Shown here piece after piece: positions 1 through 9,170 of a DNA stretch of 64,000 bases (position 1 is the first letter of the stretch; every line of letters begins with the position of its first letter). The notes beneath the pieces are model-generated. The model saw only the letters and a program-made list of their open reading frames with translations, made no database searches and had not been told where the DNA came from. This DNA comes from Candidatus Poribacteria bacterium (GTDB lineage: Bacteria; Poribacteria; WGA-4E; WGA-3G). The DNA is taken from the NCBI GenBank assembly GCA_964291315.2, contig OZ219753.1, forward strand, positions 576,001 through 640,000, given 5' to 3'. The position numbers and the translations under genes are program-made.

Positions 1-987
1 ATTCAGAAAGCGTTGGCATGTGGTAATGGGAAACAGGCGTATGCGTTGATGCATGAGGTACTCAACGCGGTATGGAATGAGATATTTAGAGTTTTAAAGG
101 TGGGCAGGTTTGCCTGCGTCAATATCGGGGATGCGACTCGGAAGGTAAGAGATGATTTCTGTTTATATCCAAACCACGCGAGAATTTTGGATTACCTTTT
201 AAGGATAGGGTTCTCAGCATTACCGGATATCCTGTGGCGGAAGCAGGCGAATTCGCCGAATAAGTTTATGGGCTCGGGCATGTTGCCTGCTGGAGCTTAT
301 GTGACGTTGGAGCACGAATACATTTTGATAGTGAGAAAAGGCCCGAAAAGAGAATTTAAAACAGAAGTAGAAAAAGAAAATAGACGTGAGAGTGCTCTAT
401 TTTGGGAAGAGAGAAATATCTGGTACTCAGATGTTTGGATGGATATTAGGGGAATAGGTCAAAAACTACCGAGGACAGTGTCGCGATTGAGAAGTGCAGC
501 ATTCCCGTTTGATCTAGCGTATCGACTCATCAATATGTATTCTGTGAAGGGTGATGTTATACTTGACCCATTTCTCGGGACAGGAACCACAACTGCGGCT
601 GCGATGACATCGGGGCGCAACAGCATCGGTGTTGAAATCGAGGACAGTTTTCAACACGTTTTAGAGCCGATTGCTAGCCATATCGTCAATTTTTCAAATG
701 ATTATTTGCGCAACAGGTTGATAAGACATTTTGAGTTTGTCAAAAACCGGATCCAAAACTCAGGAACGTTAAAATATACAAATAAGTACTACGATTGTCC
801 GGTTGTGACGAGCCAAGAGCAGTCTATTTTGCTAAACGGCTTAAAAGAGGCTTATGCACACAGAGATAATATCTTTGATGTTGTATATACAACGAAACCG
901 TGTCCCTGGAATTTGGAGCAAGTCTCAGAGTCTGTTGTCGATAATCAAACGGAGCCGCACACAAAACCTATTCAATTCATCAAGTAA
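1..987 (+). CDS. Site-specific DNA methyltransferase (beta-class N4C/N6A), 5' end beyond window
   Basis: Frame open from base 1. C-terminal motif I 'VILDPFLGTGTT', 'SAAFPFDLAYRLI' and 'HEYILIVRK'. The catalytic SPPY would lie upstream of the window. Confidence 0.85.
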   Translation: MQKALACGNGKQAYALMHEVLNAVWNEIFRVLKVGRFACVNIGDATRKVRDDFCLYPNHARILDYLLRIGFSALPDILWRKQANSPNKFMGSGMLPAGAYVTLEHEYILIVRKGPKREFKTEVEKENRRESALFWEERNIWYSDVWMDIRGIGQKLPRTVSRLRSAAFPFDLAYRLINMYSVKGDVILDPFLGTGTTTAAAMTSGRNSIGVEIEDSFQHVLEPIASHIVNFSNDYLRNRLIRHFEFVKNRIQNSGTLKYTNKYYDCPVVTSQEQSILLNGLKEAYAHRDNIFDVVYTTKPCPWNLEQVSESVVDNQTEPHTKPIQFIK

Positions 988-1025
988 AATGCGTAGTGAC
1001 TCTATATTCAAAAAAAGGGTTGTAC

Positions 1026-1608
1026 ATGAAAATCAAATTAAAAAATGCTGATATTCAGGAATATGTGAATGCCCCTATGTCTGATTTTCCAAAGTACACG
1101 ACTCAATTAATGAATGTCGCAAATCAAAATTCTCAGGCGACGCGCCCGAGATATGTTGGCCAATTAAGCGAACTGATTCAGGAATTTCCAGGGAAAACTT
1201 TCGAAGAGTGGGTTACGTGGTATCAAGAACAATATCCTAATGCGATTGATGATGCCACAGATAGAATAACCTCAATGATAGAAAACTTCAATGAGGCTAT
1301 CGGCAAAATTGACCGAACCTTGATTAAATCATGGGTAGAGGATTTGGTTCTTGTTAAGACATTCACTGGGCTTAAATTTCAGGAGTCAATTTTAAAAAAG
1401 CTGTCAGAAATAAAAGGGCTCTTATCGTTTGGCAGAACCTCATGAAGAATCCCAAGGCATAGATGGGTTCGGGGGCGAAGAAGCGTATTCTATCAAGCCT
1501 AGTACTTATGATTCAATGTCAACTGTAGCAGAATCTATAGAGGTTAAGACGATTTTTTTTTACGAAAAAAAGCCAGATAGCATAGTGTTTGAAATACCGG
1601 AAGAGTAG
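1026..1608 (+). pseudogene. MjaI-family type II restriction endonuclease, frameshifted near 1415
   Basis: N-terminus 'FPKYTTQLMNVANQNSQATRP..VGQLSELIQEF' is MjaI-like. The frame ends at 1445, but the +1 frame continues 'SYRLAEPHEESQGIDGF..YSIKP..IVFEIPEE*' to TAG 1608 and carries the likely catalytic D/K residues. Confidence 0.75.
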
Positions 1609-1618
1609 GAATCCATAT

Positions 1619-3427
1619 TTAATTTCGTTTTCTCTCCTGCTCTTTGTATTGCAGCTGATATAACCGGTGATAGATACCTGCCTGCTGTAACAGCTCCTTA
1701 TGCGTACCTGTCTCCCGAATTTCCCCGCGATGCATCACGATAATTTTGTCTGCGTTCTGGATCGTTGAAAGCCGGTGTGCAATAACAACGGAGGTTCGGT
1801 TCGCCATCAAGCGTTTGAGGGCATCCTCTATCAGGATTTCAGTTTCCGTATCAACGCTGGAGGTTGCTTCATCAAGAATCAGGATGCTCGGATCGGATGC
1901 CAATGCGCGCGCAAAGGCGACTAACTGCTTCTGCCCGACAGACAAGCCCGCGCCATCTTCTTTGATCTCTGTGGCGTAGACCTTCGGCATCTTCTGAACG
2001 AAACGGTCTAAATGGACATCTTGCGCTGCACGTTTCACTTGTTCAGATGAGATTGAGGGATTGCCTAAGCTAATATTGCGTTCGATGGAATCAGAGAAGA
2101 GAAAGATATTCTGTTGTACAATACTGATTGCCTCGCGCAGTTCTTCTAAGTTCATGTCTCGGATATCCATGCTGTCAACAAGGATCTGTCCTTTGTTGAT
2201 ATCGTAGAATCGACAGAGCAGGTTGATGATAGAGGTTTTCCCTGCACCAGTATGGCCGACAAGTGCGACCTTTTCGCCCTGTTTCACTGTGAACGAGACA
2301 TCCCGCAGAACATAGTCGTCATCATTATAGGCGAACCAGACGTTTCGGAATTCAATCTCGCCTTTTAGGGTGTGTTTATCTTGTTTAGGAGCGACAGAGG
2401 CGATAGACGGCTGTGTATCGAGTAGCTGGAAAATGCGTTCGGAAGATGCCATGGCGTTTTGGAAGATAGTATATTTCTCGCTCAGTTCACGGATGGGCCA
2501 AAAGAAGCGTTCAGCGTAACGGATAAACGCTAACAGCACCCCGAATGTCAGGGCATCTTGCACGACTTGCCCGCCGCCGTACCAGATAATCACTGCTGTT
2601 GCAAGAGAGGCGGTCACCTCAATCAGAGGATGGAATATAGAAAAATAGAAGATACTCCGAAGGTTGGCTGCGAGGTATCTCCGGTTGCGTTCGTTGAAAC
2701 GGAGATGGCTCCGCCGCTCTTGTGAGAAAAGCTGCATCGTTGTCATACCGACGATATTCTCTTGCAAAAAGGCGTTGATTCGTGCCAGCTGCTTACGTTG
2801 CTCCCGAAACGCCCGGCGCGAATAAATCTGATAGACCAGCGTTGCGCCGAAGATAATCGGTATCACCGTGAACGTGACGAGGGCAAGTTTCCAGTTATAA
2901 AGCAGCATCGCCACCATGATCCCAAAAATCTGGAGCAGATTCGCGAAGACTGTAATCACGCCGGAGGCAAAAAGTTCGTTGAGGACCTGAACGTCTCCCA
3001 TGACGCGGGTCATCAGTCTACCCACCGGATTTTTATCAAAAAATTGAACGTCTAAACGTTGCAAATGTGAGAAGAGCGTCTGTCGCAGATCGTGCATCAC
3101 GTGTTGCCCAATCATTTGCATGCGATATTCCTCAAAGTAGCTCAAGACAAACTCGCTTATCAATGCCACTACGTAAAAAATTGCGATCGTAGTGAGTCCA
3201 GTCAATATGCCTGGGGTAATGTGTTCGTCAATTCCACGCTGCAGTAGGTAGGGGCCCGCCAAGCGTGCAAGGGTATTCCCGACCATAAGAAACCCGATGA
3301 TAAGTAGTTGGAATTTGTACGGTTTGAGATACGCTAAGAGCCGCCTCATCAGGACTCGATCGTAGACTTTTCCGAGGTCTTGCTCCTCATCGCTATATTC
3401 GTATAGGTCGCCTCCGGTGCCAAACAC
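1619..3427 (-). CDS. ABC exporter ATP-binding/permease (MdlB/YheH-like half of heterodimer)
   Basis: TMD plus Walker A GHTGAGKT, signature LSVGQKQ, ILILDEATS, IAHRLST. Confidence 0.92.
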   Translation of the reverse strand: MFGTGGDLYEYSDEEQDLGKVYDRVLMRRLLAYLKPYKFQLLIIGFLMVGNTLARLAGPYLLQRGIDEHITPGILTGLTTIAIFYVVALISEFVLSYFEEYRMQMIGQHVMHDLRQTLFSHLQRLDVQFFDKNPVGRLMTRVMGDVQVLNELFASGVITVFANLLQIFGIMVAMLLYNWKLALVTFTVIPIIFGATLVYQIYSRRAFREQRKQLARINAFLQENIVGMTTMQLFSQERRSHLRFNERNRRYLAANLRSIFYFSIFHPLIEVTASLATAVIIWYGGGQVVQDALTFGVLLAFIRYAERFFWPIRELSEKYTIFQNAMASSERIFQLLDTQPSIASVAPKQDKHTLKGEIEFRNVWFAYNDDDYVLRDVSFTVKQGEKVALVGHTGAGKTSIINLLCRFYDINKGQILVDSMDIRDMNLEELREAISIVQQNIFLFSDSIERNISLGNPSISSEQVKRAAQDVHLDRFVQKMPKVYATEIKEDGAGLSVGQKQLVAFARALASDPSILILDEATSSVDTETEILIEDALKRLMANRTSVVIAHRLSTIQNADKIIVMHRGEIRETGTHKELLQQAGIYHRLYQLQYKEQERKRN

Positions 3428-3448
3428 AGGTAGTTCCTCCTTTAACCT

Positions 3449-5212
3449 TTAAAGTTCTTCAAGCTGTTCTTGCAAGAGTTGTGTTTCGTAGATACCGGCA
3501 TAAATTCCGCGATGTTCCAATAGTTGCTCATGTGTGCCAGCTTCAACGATGCTGCCCTCATCGAGGACGATAATATGGTCAGCATTTTTGACGGTAGAGA
3601 TTCGGTGCGAAATAAGAAGAGTCGTCCGGTTTTTCATAATTTCAGCGAGGCGCCTGAGGATGGTGTCTTCGGTTTGGGTATCCACGTTCGCGAAGGCATC
3701 GTCAAGGATGAGAATTTTGGGTTTGATGATAATTGCGCGTGCAAGTGCACTTCGTTGGCGTTGCCCGCCTGAGATTGTTATTCCACGTTCACCGAGGAAG
3801 GTTTCCAAGCCGTCAGGGAATTCTTCGATTTGATCAAGTAGATCCGCGCTATATGCAGCGTCTCTTACTGCCTCATCGTTGGCGACCTCAAGTCCATAGG
3901 ATATGTTGTTCCGCAAATAATCAGAAAAGAGAAAGGGTTCCTGTTCGACAAATCCAATATTGGAACGGAGAACCTTTAGGGGCACGTCTTGAATGTCCAC
4001 GTTGTCGATAAAGACAGTGCCGCGTTCGGCTTGACGAATGCGCGGAATTAGGCTGACGAGTGTAGATTTACCCGAGCCCGTCGCGCCCACGATCGCCAGC
4101 GTCATACCGGGTTCAATTTTAAGGTTGATGTTTCTGAGTACAGGTGTTCCATCTGGGTAGTCAAAGTTGAGGTTTTTAAATTCAATCTTACCTTCAATCT
4201 CTTTAATTTCCCACTTTACATTTTTACCATCAAAGATTTCTGGTTTTTCATCAAGGATTGCTTGAATCCTTTTCATAGACGCTGCTCCGCGCTCGAAGGT
4301 GTTAACGATGAAACCGAGAGTAATCATTGGACGGACAAGCATCATAAGATAGGCGCTGAAGGCAACAAAATCACCGAGTGTAATTTTCCCTTCAATTACA
4401 TGAAACCCGCCCATCCAAAGAAGGACGACCCCGCCGATGCCGGGTAGAAATCGGAAGAGCGGAAAAAAGAAGGTCATAAGCCTGATTTGGCGATGGTTAC
4501 GATCGACAAATTCTCGGTTCAATACCTGAAAATGCTCAATTTCACTTGCCCCAAGTGTATACGCTTTGACAACACGGACACCAGACAGATTCTCCTGAAC
4601 CTTGGTATTCAACGTTGAAAACGCCTCTTGGATGCTTTCGTAGTGGGCATGTAACCGCTTGCCAAGGTAGCGAATTAAAACCGCAAGGATCGGATACGGG
4701 AGCAAAGCAACAACCGTTAGCGTTACATCAATCCGCAGCATGATGGCGAGCGCGAACCCGAAAAACACTATCGCATCAGCGGTGTACATCACAGCACTGC
4801 TCAGTACCATTCTAATGGCGTTTAGGTCGCTGGTTGCACGCGTCATTAGATCACCGGTGCGAACGTTATCGTAATACGCAGTGGAAAGTTTTTGGAGATG
4901 CAGAAAGAAGTCGGCACGGAGGTGAAATTCCATCTGCCTTGCGACCCCTTGGATGATGCGCCGTTGGATAAAACGTAGGATACCAGCAAAGAGCGCGACT
5001 CCAAAAACGAGCAGTGCAAAGAAGAGAATCCGTCCTGAAGATACGGCAAAGCTTGGGTCCTTGAAGGCACGTTCCAACTCATCAAAAACCAGCTGGAGAA
5101 TCTTTGGGCTAATCAAGAGAAGTACATTCGTCACAATGACAAGGCAAAAGCTAATTACAATCGCATACCGATACCGAATGATGTACTTCTTGAGACCAAG
5201 TAGGCTGTGAAT
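3449..5212 (-). CDS. ABC exporter ATP-binding/permease (MdlA/YheI-like, degenerate Walker B). Start probably ATT at 5212; ORF track extends to 5296.
   Basis: GATGSGKS, ISGGQRQ, ILILDDA. SD AAGGAG lies 7 nt before in-frame ATT-CAC-AGC (I/M-H-S-L-L-G-L-K-K-Y). Confidence 0.9.
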   Translation of the reverse strand: MHSLLGLKKYIIRYRYAIVISFCLVIVTNVLLLISPKILQLVFDELERAFKDPSFAVSSGRILFFALLVFGVALFAGILRFIQRRIIQGVARQMEFHLRADFFLHLQKLSTAYYDNVRTGDLMTRATSDLNAIRMVLSSAVMYTADAIVFFGFALAIMLRIDVTLTVVALLPYPILAVLIRYLGKRLHAHYESIQEAFSTLNTKVQENLSGVRVVKAYTLGASEIEHFQVLNREFVDRNHRQIRLMTFFFPLFRFLPGIGGVVLLWMGGFHVIEGKITLGDFVAFSAYLMMLVRPMITLGFIVNTFERGAASMKRIQAILDEKPEIFDGKNVKWEIKEIEGKIEFKNLNFDYPDGTPVLRNINLKIEPGMTLAIVGATGSGKSTLVSLIPRIRQAERGTVFIDNVDIQDVPLKVLRSNIGFVEQEPFLFSDYLRNNISYGLEVANDEAVRDAAYSADLLDQIEEFPDGLETFLGERGITISGGQRQRSALARAIIIKPKILILDDAFANVDTQTEDTILRRLAEIMKNRTTLLISHRISTVKNADHIIVLDEGSIVEAGTHEQLLEHRGIYAGIYETQLLQEQLEEL

Positions 5213-5430
5213 GGTGGGACTCCTTTCCGGTGAGCATGTCTGGCCGCTCAATCTATTTTTAGTTTTGACGTTAATTTCGCATATCTGTTTAATCAAGTTT
5301 TTGGTGGTCAGCAGTCAGTTAACTCTTGCGACGGTTGCATAATATGTCAGTGCGGCACCCCGGGCCTGTTGAGATTTCTGATGTTTTCCAATAAATGATG
5401 TCTAGCAGCCGACATCTATCCAAAAATATA

Positions 5431-5459
5431 TTGACACTATTTCCTCTGCGTTTTATCAT
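5431..5459 (+). promoter_or_regulatory. Sigma70-type promoter for gnd operon
   Basis: TTGACA(5431)-17 nt-TATCAT(5454), upstream of SD AGGAGG. Confidence 0.6.
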
Positions 5460-5494
5460 ATATAAAATGACTCTATCATAGGAGGAACACAAAT

Positions 5495-6958
5495 TTGGCG
5501 GCAAATATTGGACTCATCGGATTAGCAGTGATGGGCGAAAACCTTGTACTAAACATGGAGAGCAAAGGTTTTGAAGTAGCGGTCTTTAATCGGACTATTT
5601 CACGCGTCGACGCCTTCATATGCGGGGCTGCGAGGGGGAAAAAAGTAGTAGGGGCACACTCCATTCCAGAGCTCATTGGGAAACTGGAAACCCCGAGAAA
5701 AATCATCTTGATGGTCAAAGCCGGAGAACCTGTTGACGCGTTTATTGCGCAATTAGTTCCACACCTCTCAAAGGGTGATCTTATTATCGACGGTGGGAAC
5801 TCCAACTTCAGGGACACCGTCCGTCGGCATGCTCAGTTAACCGAGCAGGATATTTTGTTCATCGGCACGGGCATTTCCGGTGGGGAAGAAGGTGCTCTGA
5901 AGGGACCGGCCATGATGCCTGGGGGGTCAGCGGAGGCTTACGCCCTTGTAGAACCGATCTTCACGAAGATTGCAGCAGAAGTAGAAGGCACGCCCTGCTG
6001 TTCCTACATCGGCCCGGACGGGGCGGGGCATTATGTTAAGATGGTGCATAACGGCATCGAATACGGGGACATGCAGCTCATCTGTGAGGCCTACTCGTTG
6101 ATGAAAAGTGTCCTCGGGATGAGTGCCGAGGAGGTGCATAAGGTCTTCAGCGAATGGAATCGCGGCGAACTAAACTCGTATCTCATTGAAATTACGGCTG
6201 ACATTTTCACACAAATCGATAGTGGTGGGATGCCTTTGGTGGATGTCGTTCTAGATCAGGCAGGTCAAAAAGGGACTGGTAAATGGACGAGCATTTCGGC
6301 ACTTGACCTCGGTATATCGGCACCGACTATCGCAGAAGCGGTTTTTGCGAGATGTATCTCGGCAATAAAAGACGAGCGGGTTGCAGCGGAACGGGTTATC
6401 CGGGGCCCCTCCGGTACATACAGAGGGAGCCGAGGGGAAGCACTGCAAGCGATCCACGACGCTCTTTACGCTGCGAAGATCTGCTCTTATGCTCAAGGGT
6501 TCGCCCTAATGCGAGAAGCGAGCGAAACGTTCGAATGGAATTTGGATCTCGGCCAGATCGGACTCGGCTGGCGAGGCGGATGTATCATCCGGGCGAAATT
6601 TCTACATCGGATTGCAGAGGCGTTTGAACGCAACCCAGCCCTGCCGAATTTATTACTCGATTCGTATTTTCGAGAAGTGATCGAAGCAGCACAACCCAAC
6701 TGGCGACGTGTTATCAGCACGGCCACGGAACTCGGTGTCCCAATTCCAGCATTCAGCTCGGCTCTAGCATATTTTGATAGCTATCGGAGCGGGAGACTCT
6801 CTGCCAATCTAATTCAAGCGATGCGTGACTATTTCGGCGCACACACTTATCATAAATTAGACGCAGACGGCAACGTAATCCTCGGAAAAGACCGACAACC
6901 GACAGTGTTCCATACCGAATGGATGCTCAAGGGTCGCCCAGAAGTTATTGTTAACTAA
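5495..6958 (+). CDS. gnd: 6-phosphogluconate dehydrogenase, decarboxylating (NADP)
   Basis: GLAVMG, IDGGNS, GISGGEEGA, VKMVHNGIEYGDMQ, GQKGTGKW, QAMRDYFGAHTY. Confidence 0.97.
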   Translation: MAANIGLIGLAVMGENLVLNMESKGFEVAVFNRTISRVDAFICGAARGKKVVGAHSIPELIGKLETPRKIILMVKAGEPVDAFIAQLVPHLSKGDLIIDGGNSNFRDTVRRHAQLTEQDILFIGTGISGGEEGALKGPAMMPGGSAEAYALVEPIFTKIAAEVEGTPCCSYIGPDGAGHYVKMVHNGIEYGDMQLICEAYSLMKSVLGMSAEEVHKVFSEWNRGELNSYLIEITADIFTQIDSGGMPLVDVVLDQAGQKGTGKWTSISALDLGISAPTIAEAVFARCISAIKDERVAAERVIRGPSGTYRGSRGEALQAIHDALYAAKICSYAQGFALMREASETFEWNLDLGQIGLGWRGGCIIRAKFLHRIAEAFERNPALPNLLLDSYFREVIEAAQPNWRRVISTATELGVPIPAFSSALAYFDSYRSGRLSANLIQAMRDYFGAHTYHKLDADGNVILGKDRQPTVFHTEWMLKGRPEVIVN

Positions 6959-6967
6959 GGAGAACAC

Positions 6968-7864
6968 ATGGATCAAAGACCACAACAAGCTTTACACGAT
7001 TTTCAACCGCAACATGAGTTTTTCGTCGGAATTGATTCGGACGGTTGTGTCTTCAACAGTATGGAGGTCAAACATAACGACTGCTTCAGCGTGAACCTTG
7101 TCAAGCATTTCGGCTTAGCATCTATCTCACGGCAAGTTCATCAGGCATGGGACTTCGTGAATCTCTACTCAACAACGCGCGGGACCAACCGGTTTAAAGC
7201 AATTCTGCTGGTATGCGATTTCTTACGTGAGATGCCGCTTGTGCAGAACATGGGTGTTGCGGTGCCAGAATTGCGTCATTTAAGGATTTGGTCTGAAACT
7301 GAAACGAAACTTGGAAATCCGGCGCTACAGGTGGCGATTGACAATGCCGCAGGTGAGCGGCGTGATGAACTGAGTCAAGTTATGAAATGGAGCCTTGGTG
7401 TGAATGAAAGCGTTGCAGAGATTGTTTATAATCTGCCCCCATTTCCCGGTGTGCCGGAGGCACTACAACGGCTCCAGAACAAGGCGGATGTTATTGTTGT
7501 ATCTGCAACGCCCGATGAGGCGCTGCAACGGGAATGGGCGGAACACAAGATTGATGCTTATGTTACGGTGATCGCCGGACAAGAGATGGGAACGAAAACG
7601 GAACATCTTACCATAACAACGAAGGACAGATATGCGGAGAACTGTGTTCTCATGATCGGGGATTCTCCCGGCGACCTGAAAGCTGCACGAGATGTCGGAT
7701 CCCTATTTTTCCCTATTAACCCGGGTGCCGAGGACGCATCGTGGCAACTTTTCCTCAACGAAGCGATGGAAAAATTTCTTAAGGGCGAATACACTGGTAC
7801 TTACGAATTGGAATTGATTGACCAATTCCAAGAATTGTTGCCTGCCACACCGCCTTGGCAGTAA
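6968..7864 (+). CDS. HAD-family hydrolase
   Basis: Motif I 'GIDSDG', motif II 'VVS', motif IV 'MIGDSPGD'. Confidence 0.85.
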   Translation: MDQRPQQALHDFQPQHEFFVGIDSDGCVFNSMEVKHNDCFSVNLVKHFGLASISRQVHQAWDFVNLYSTTRGTNRFKAILLVCDFLREMPLVQNMGVAVPELRHLRIWSETETKLGNPALQVAIDNAAGERRDELSQVMKWSLGVNESVAEIVYNLPPFPGVPEALQRLQNKADVIVVSATPDEALQREWAEHKIDAYVTVIAGQEMGTKTEHLTITTKDRYAENCVLMIGDSPGDLKAARDVGSLFFPINPGAEDASWQLFLNEAMEKFLKGEYTGTYELELIDQFQELLPATPPWQ

Positions 7865-7979
7865 TTCGTGCTGTATTGCTGCCAAACTAACAGTTTATGC
7901 TACATGCCCAGCACTGTGTTATCCTTCCACTAACCACCAAAGTGACTTTAGTTCACATCATGAAAGGATTCTGTAGTTT

Positions 7980-8927
7980 ATGAAAATTTTACTTCAAGGA
8001 AGTATTGAAGGCGCACTTCTCGAAAGATTGGAAAACATCATTGGCGATAAACATACCTATGTTGTTCCGAGCTCACGGGCGGAACTCATTGAAGAAGGGA
8101 AAGACGCGGACATCTTCTTCGGCTACTGCAGCGAAGATATTTTCCCGCATCTGCCCAATATTAAGTGGGTTCAGGCCTCCAGCGCCGGTATGGACCGACA
8201 CATGTATCCTGCGATGCGTGAGAGCGATGTGATTCTGACGAATGCTGCAGGACTCTACGCAAAGCATGTTGCTGATCAAGCCTTCGCGCTTTTGCTGGGT
8301 TTGGCGCGCGGTATCCACGACTCTGTGCGTAACCAAGACAAACATCAGTGGGGGCGCGGCAAGTCTCCGATGATTGAGATCGATGGGTTCAAGATTGGGA
8401 TCGTCGGCATGGGCGGTATCGGGATGGAAATGGCAAAACGTGCAAAAGGGTTTGACATGCAGGTGATGGCTGTGGATGCCTACCGCACGGATAGACCTGC
8501 AAACGTGGATGAACTGATGCCGATGAATCACCTCTCAAATATGATGAGTCAGGTGGATGTTGTCATGGTTGCGTGTCCGTTGACAGAAGAAACACGCGGC
8601 TTGATTAATAAGGTTAATCTCTCGGTGATGCAGCCGACAGCGTTTTTTATTAATGTTGCGCGCGGCCCGATCGTCAATGAGCCTGATCTTATTGAGATTC
8701 TGCAAGCCGGTAAAATTGCGGCTGCGGGTTTGGACGTTACTGAAGTAGAACCGCTCCCCACAGACAGTCCGTTGTGGGACTTTGATAACGTTATCATTTC
8801 GCCGCACTCCGCAGGCGGATCTCAACACAGGATGCGCCGCGTGACGGAGTTCTTCTTGGACAACTTGGAACGGTATCTGAAGGGCGGAGAACTGAAAAAC
8901 GTTGTGAACAAGCAACTCGGTTTTTAA
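7980..8927 (+). CDS. D-2-hydroxyacid dehydrogenase family
   Basis: GIVGMGGIG, FINVARG, AGLDVTEVEP, SPHSAG. Confidence 0.92.
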   Translation: MKILLQGSIEGALLERLENIIGDKHTYVVPSSRAELIEEGKDADIFFGYCSEDIFPHLPNIKWVQASSAGMDRHMYPAMRESDVILTNAAGLYAKHVADQAFALLLGLARGIHDSVRNQDKHQWGRGKSPMIEIDGFKIGIVGMGGIGMEMAKRAKGFDMQVMAVDAYRTDRPANVDELMPMNHLSNMMSQVDVVMVACPLTEETRGLINKVNLSVMQPTAFFINVARGPIVNEPDLIEILQAGKIAAAGLDVTEVEPLPTDSPLWDFDNVIISPHSAGGSQHRMRRVTEFFLDNLERYLKGGELKNVVNKQLGF

Positions 8928-9061
8928 CAAAAATATTCGATCTACACATATGTAAATCTAATGTGGGGTATCGCGCCTAGCGGAAAGGGAAATACTGCTG
9001 GAAAAATGGAACGGGTATAAGGTTTTTGGGAAAAGGAAATTTAGAATTACAGAGATTTTAC

Positions 9062-9090
9062 TTGACTTTTGCCTTAAAATATGCTATAAT
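9062..9090 (+). promoter_or_regulatory. Sigma70-type promoter with extended -10
   Basis: TTGACT(9062)-17 nt-TATAAT(9085), preceded by TGn. Confidence 0.65.
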
Positions 9091-9170
9091 GCAGAGAAAC
9101 TTAACAGGGTTTTATAGGTTTCTGTTGACTTTTCATAAATCTACAATTTTTCTATAAAAAGGAGACAATA

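Noticed and set aside
995-1007. AGTGACTCTATAT matching the reverse complement of the 27582-27594 repeat core
   Set aside because: The flanks do not match; a single 13-bp hit may be chance.
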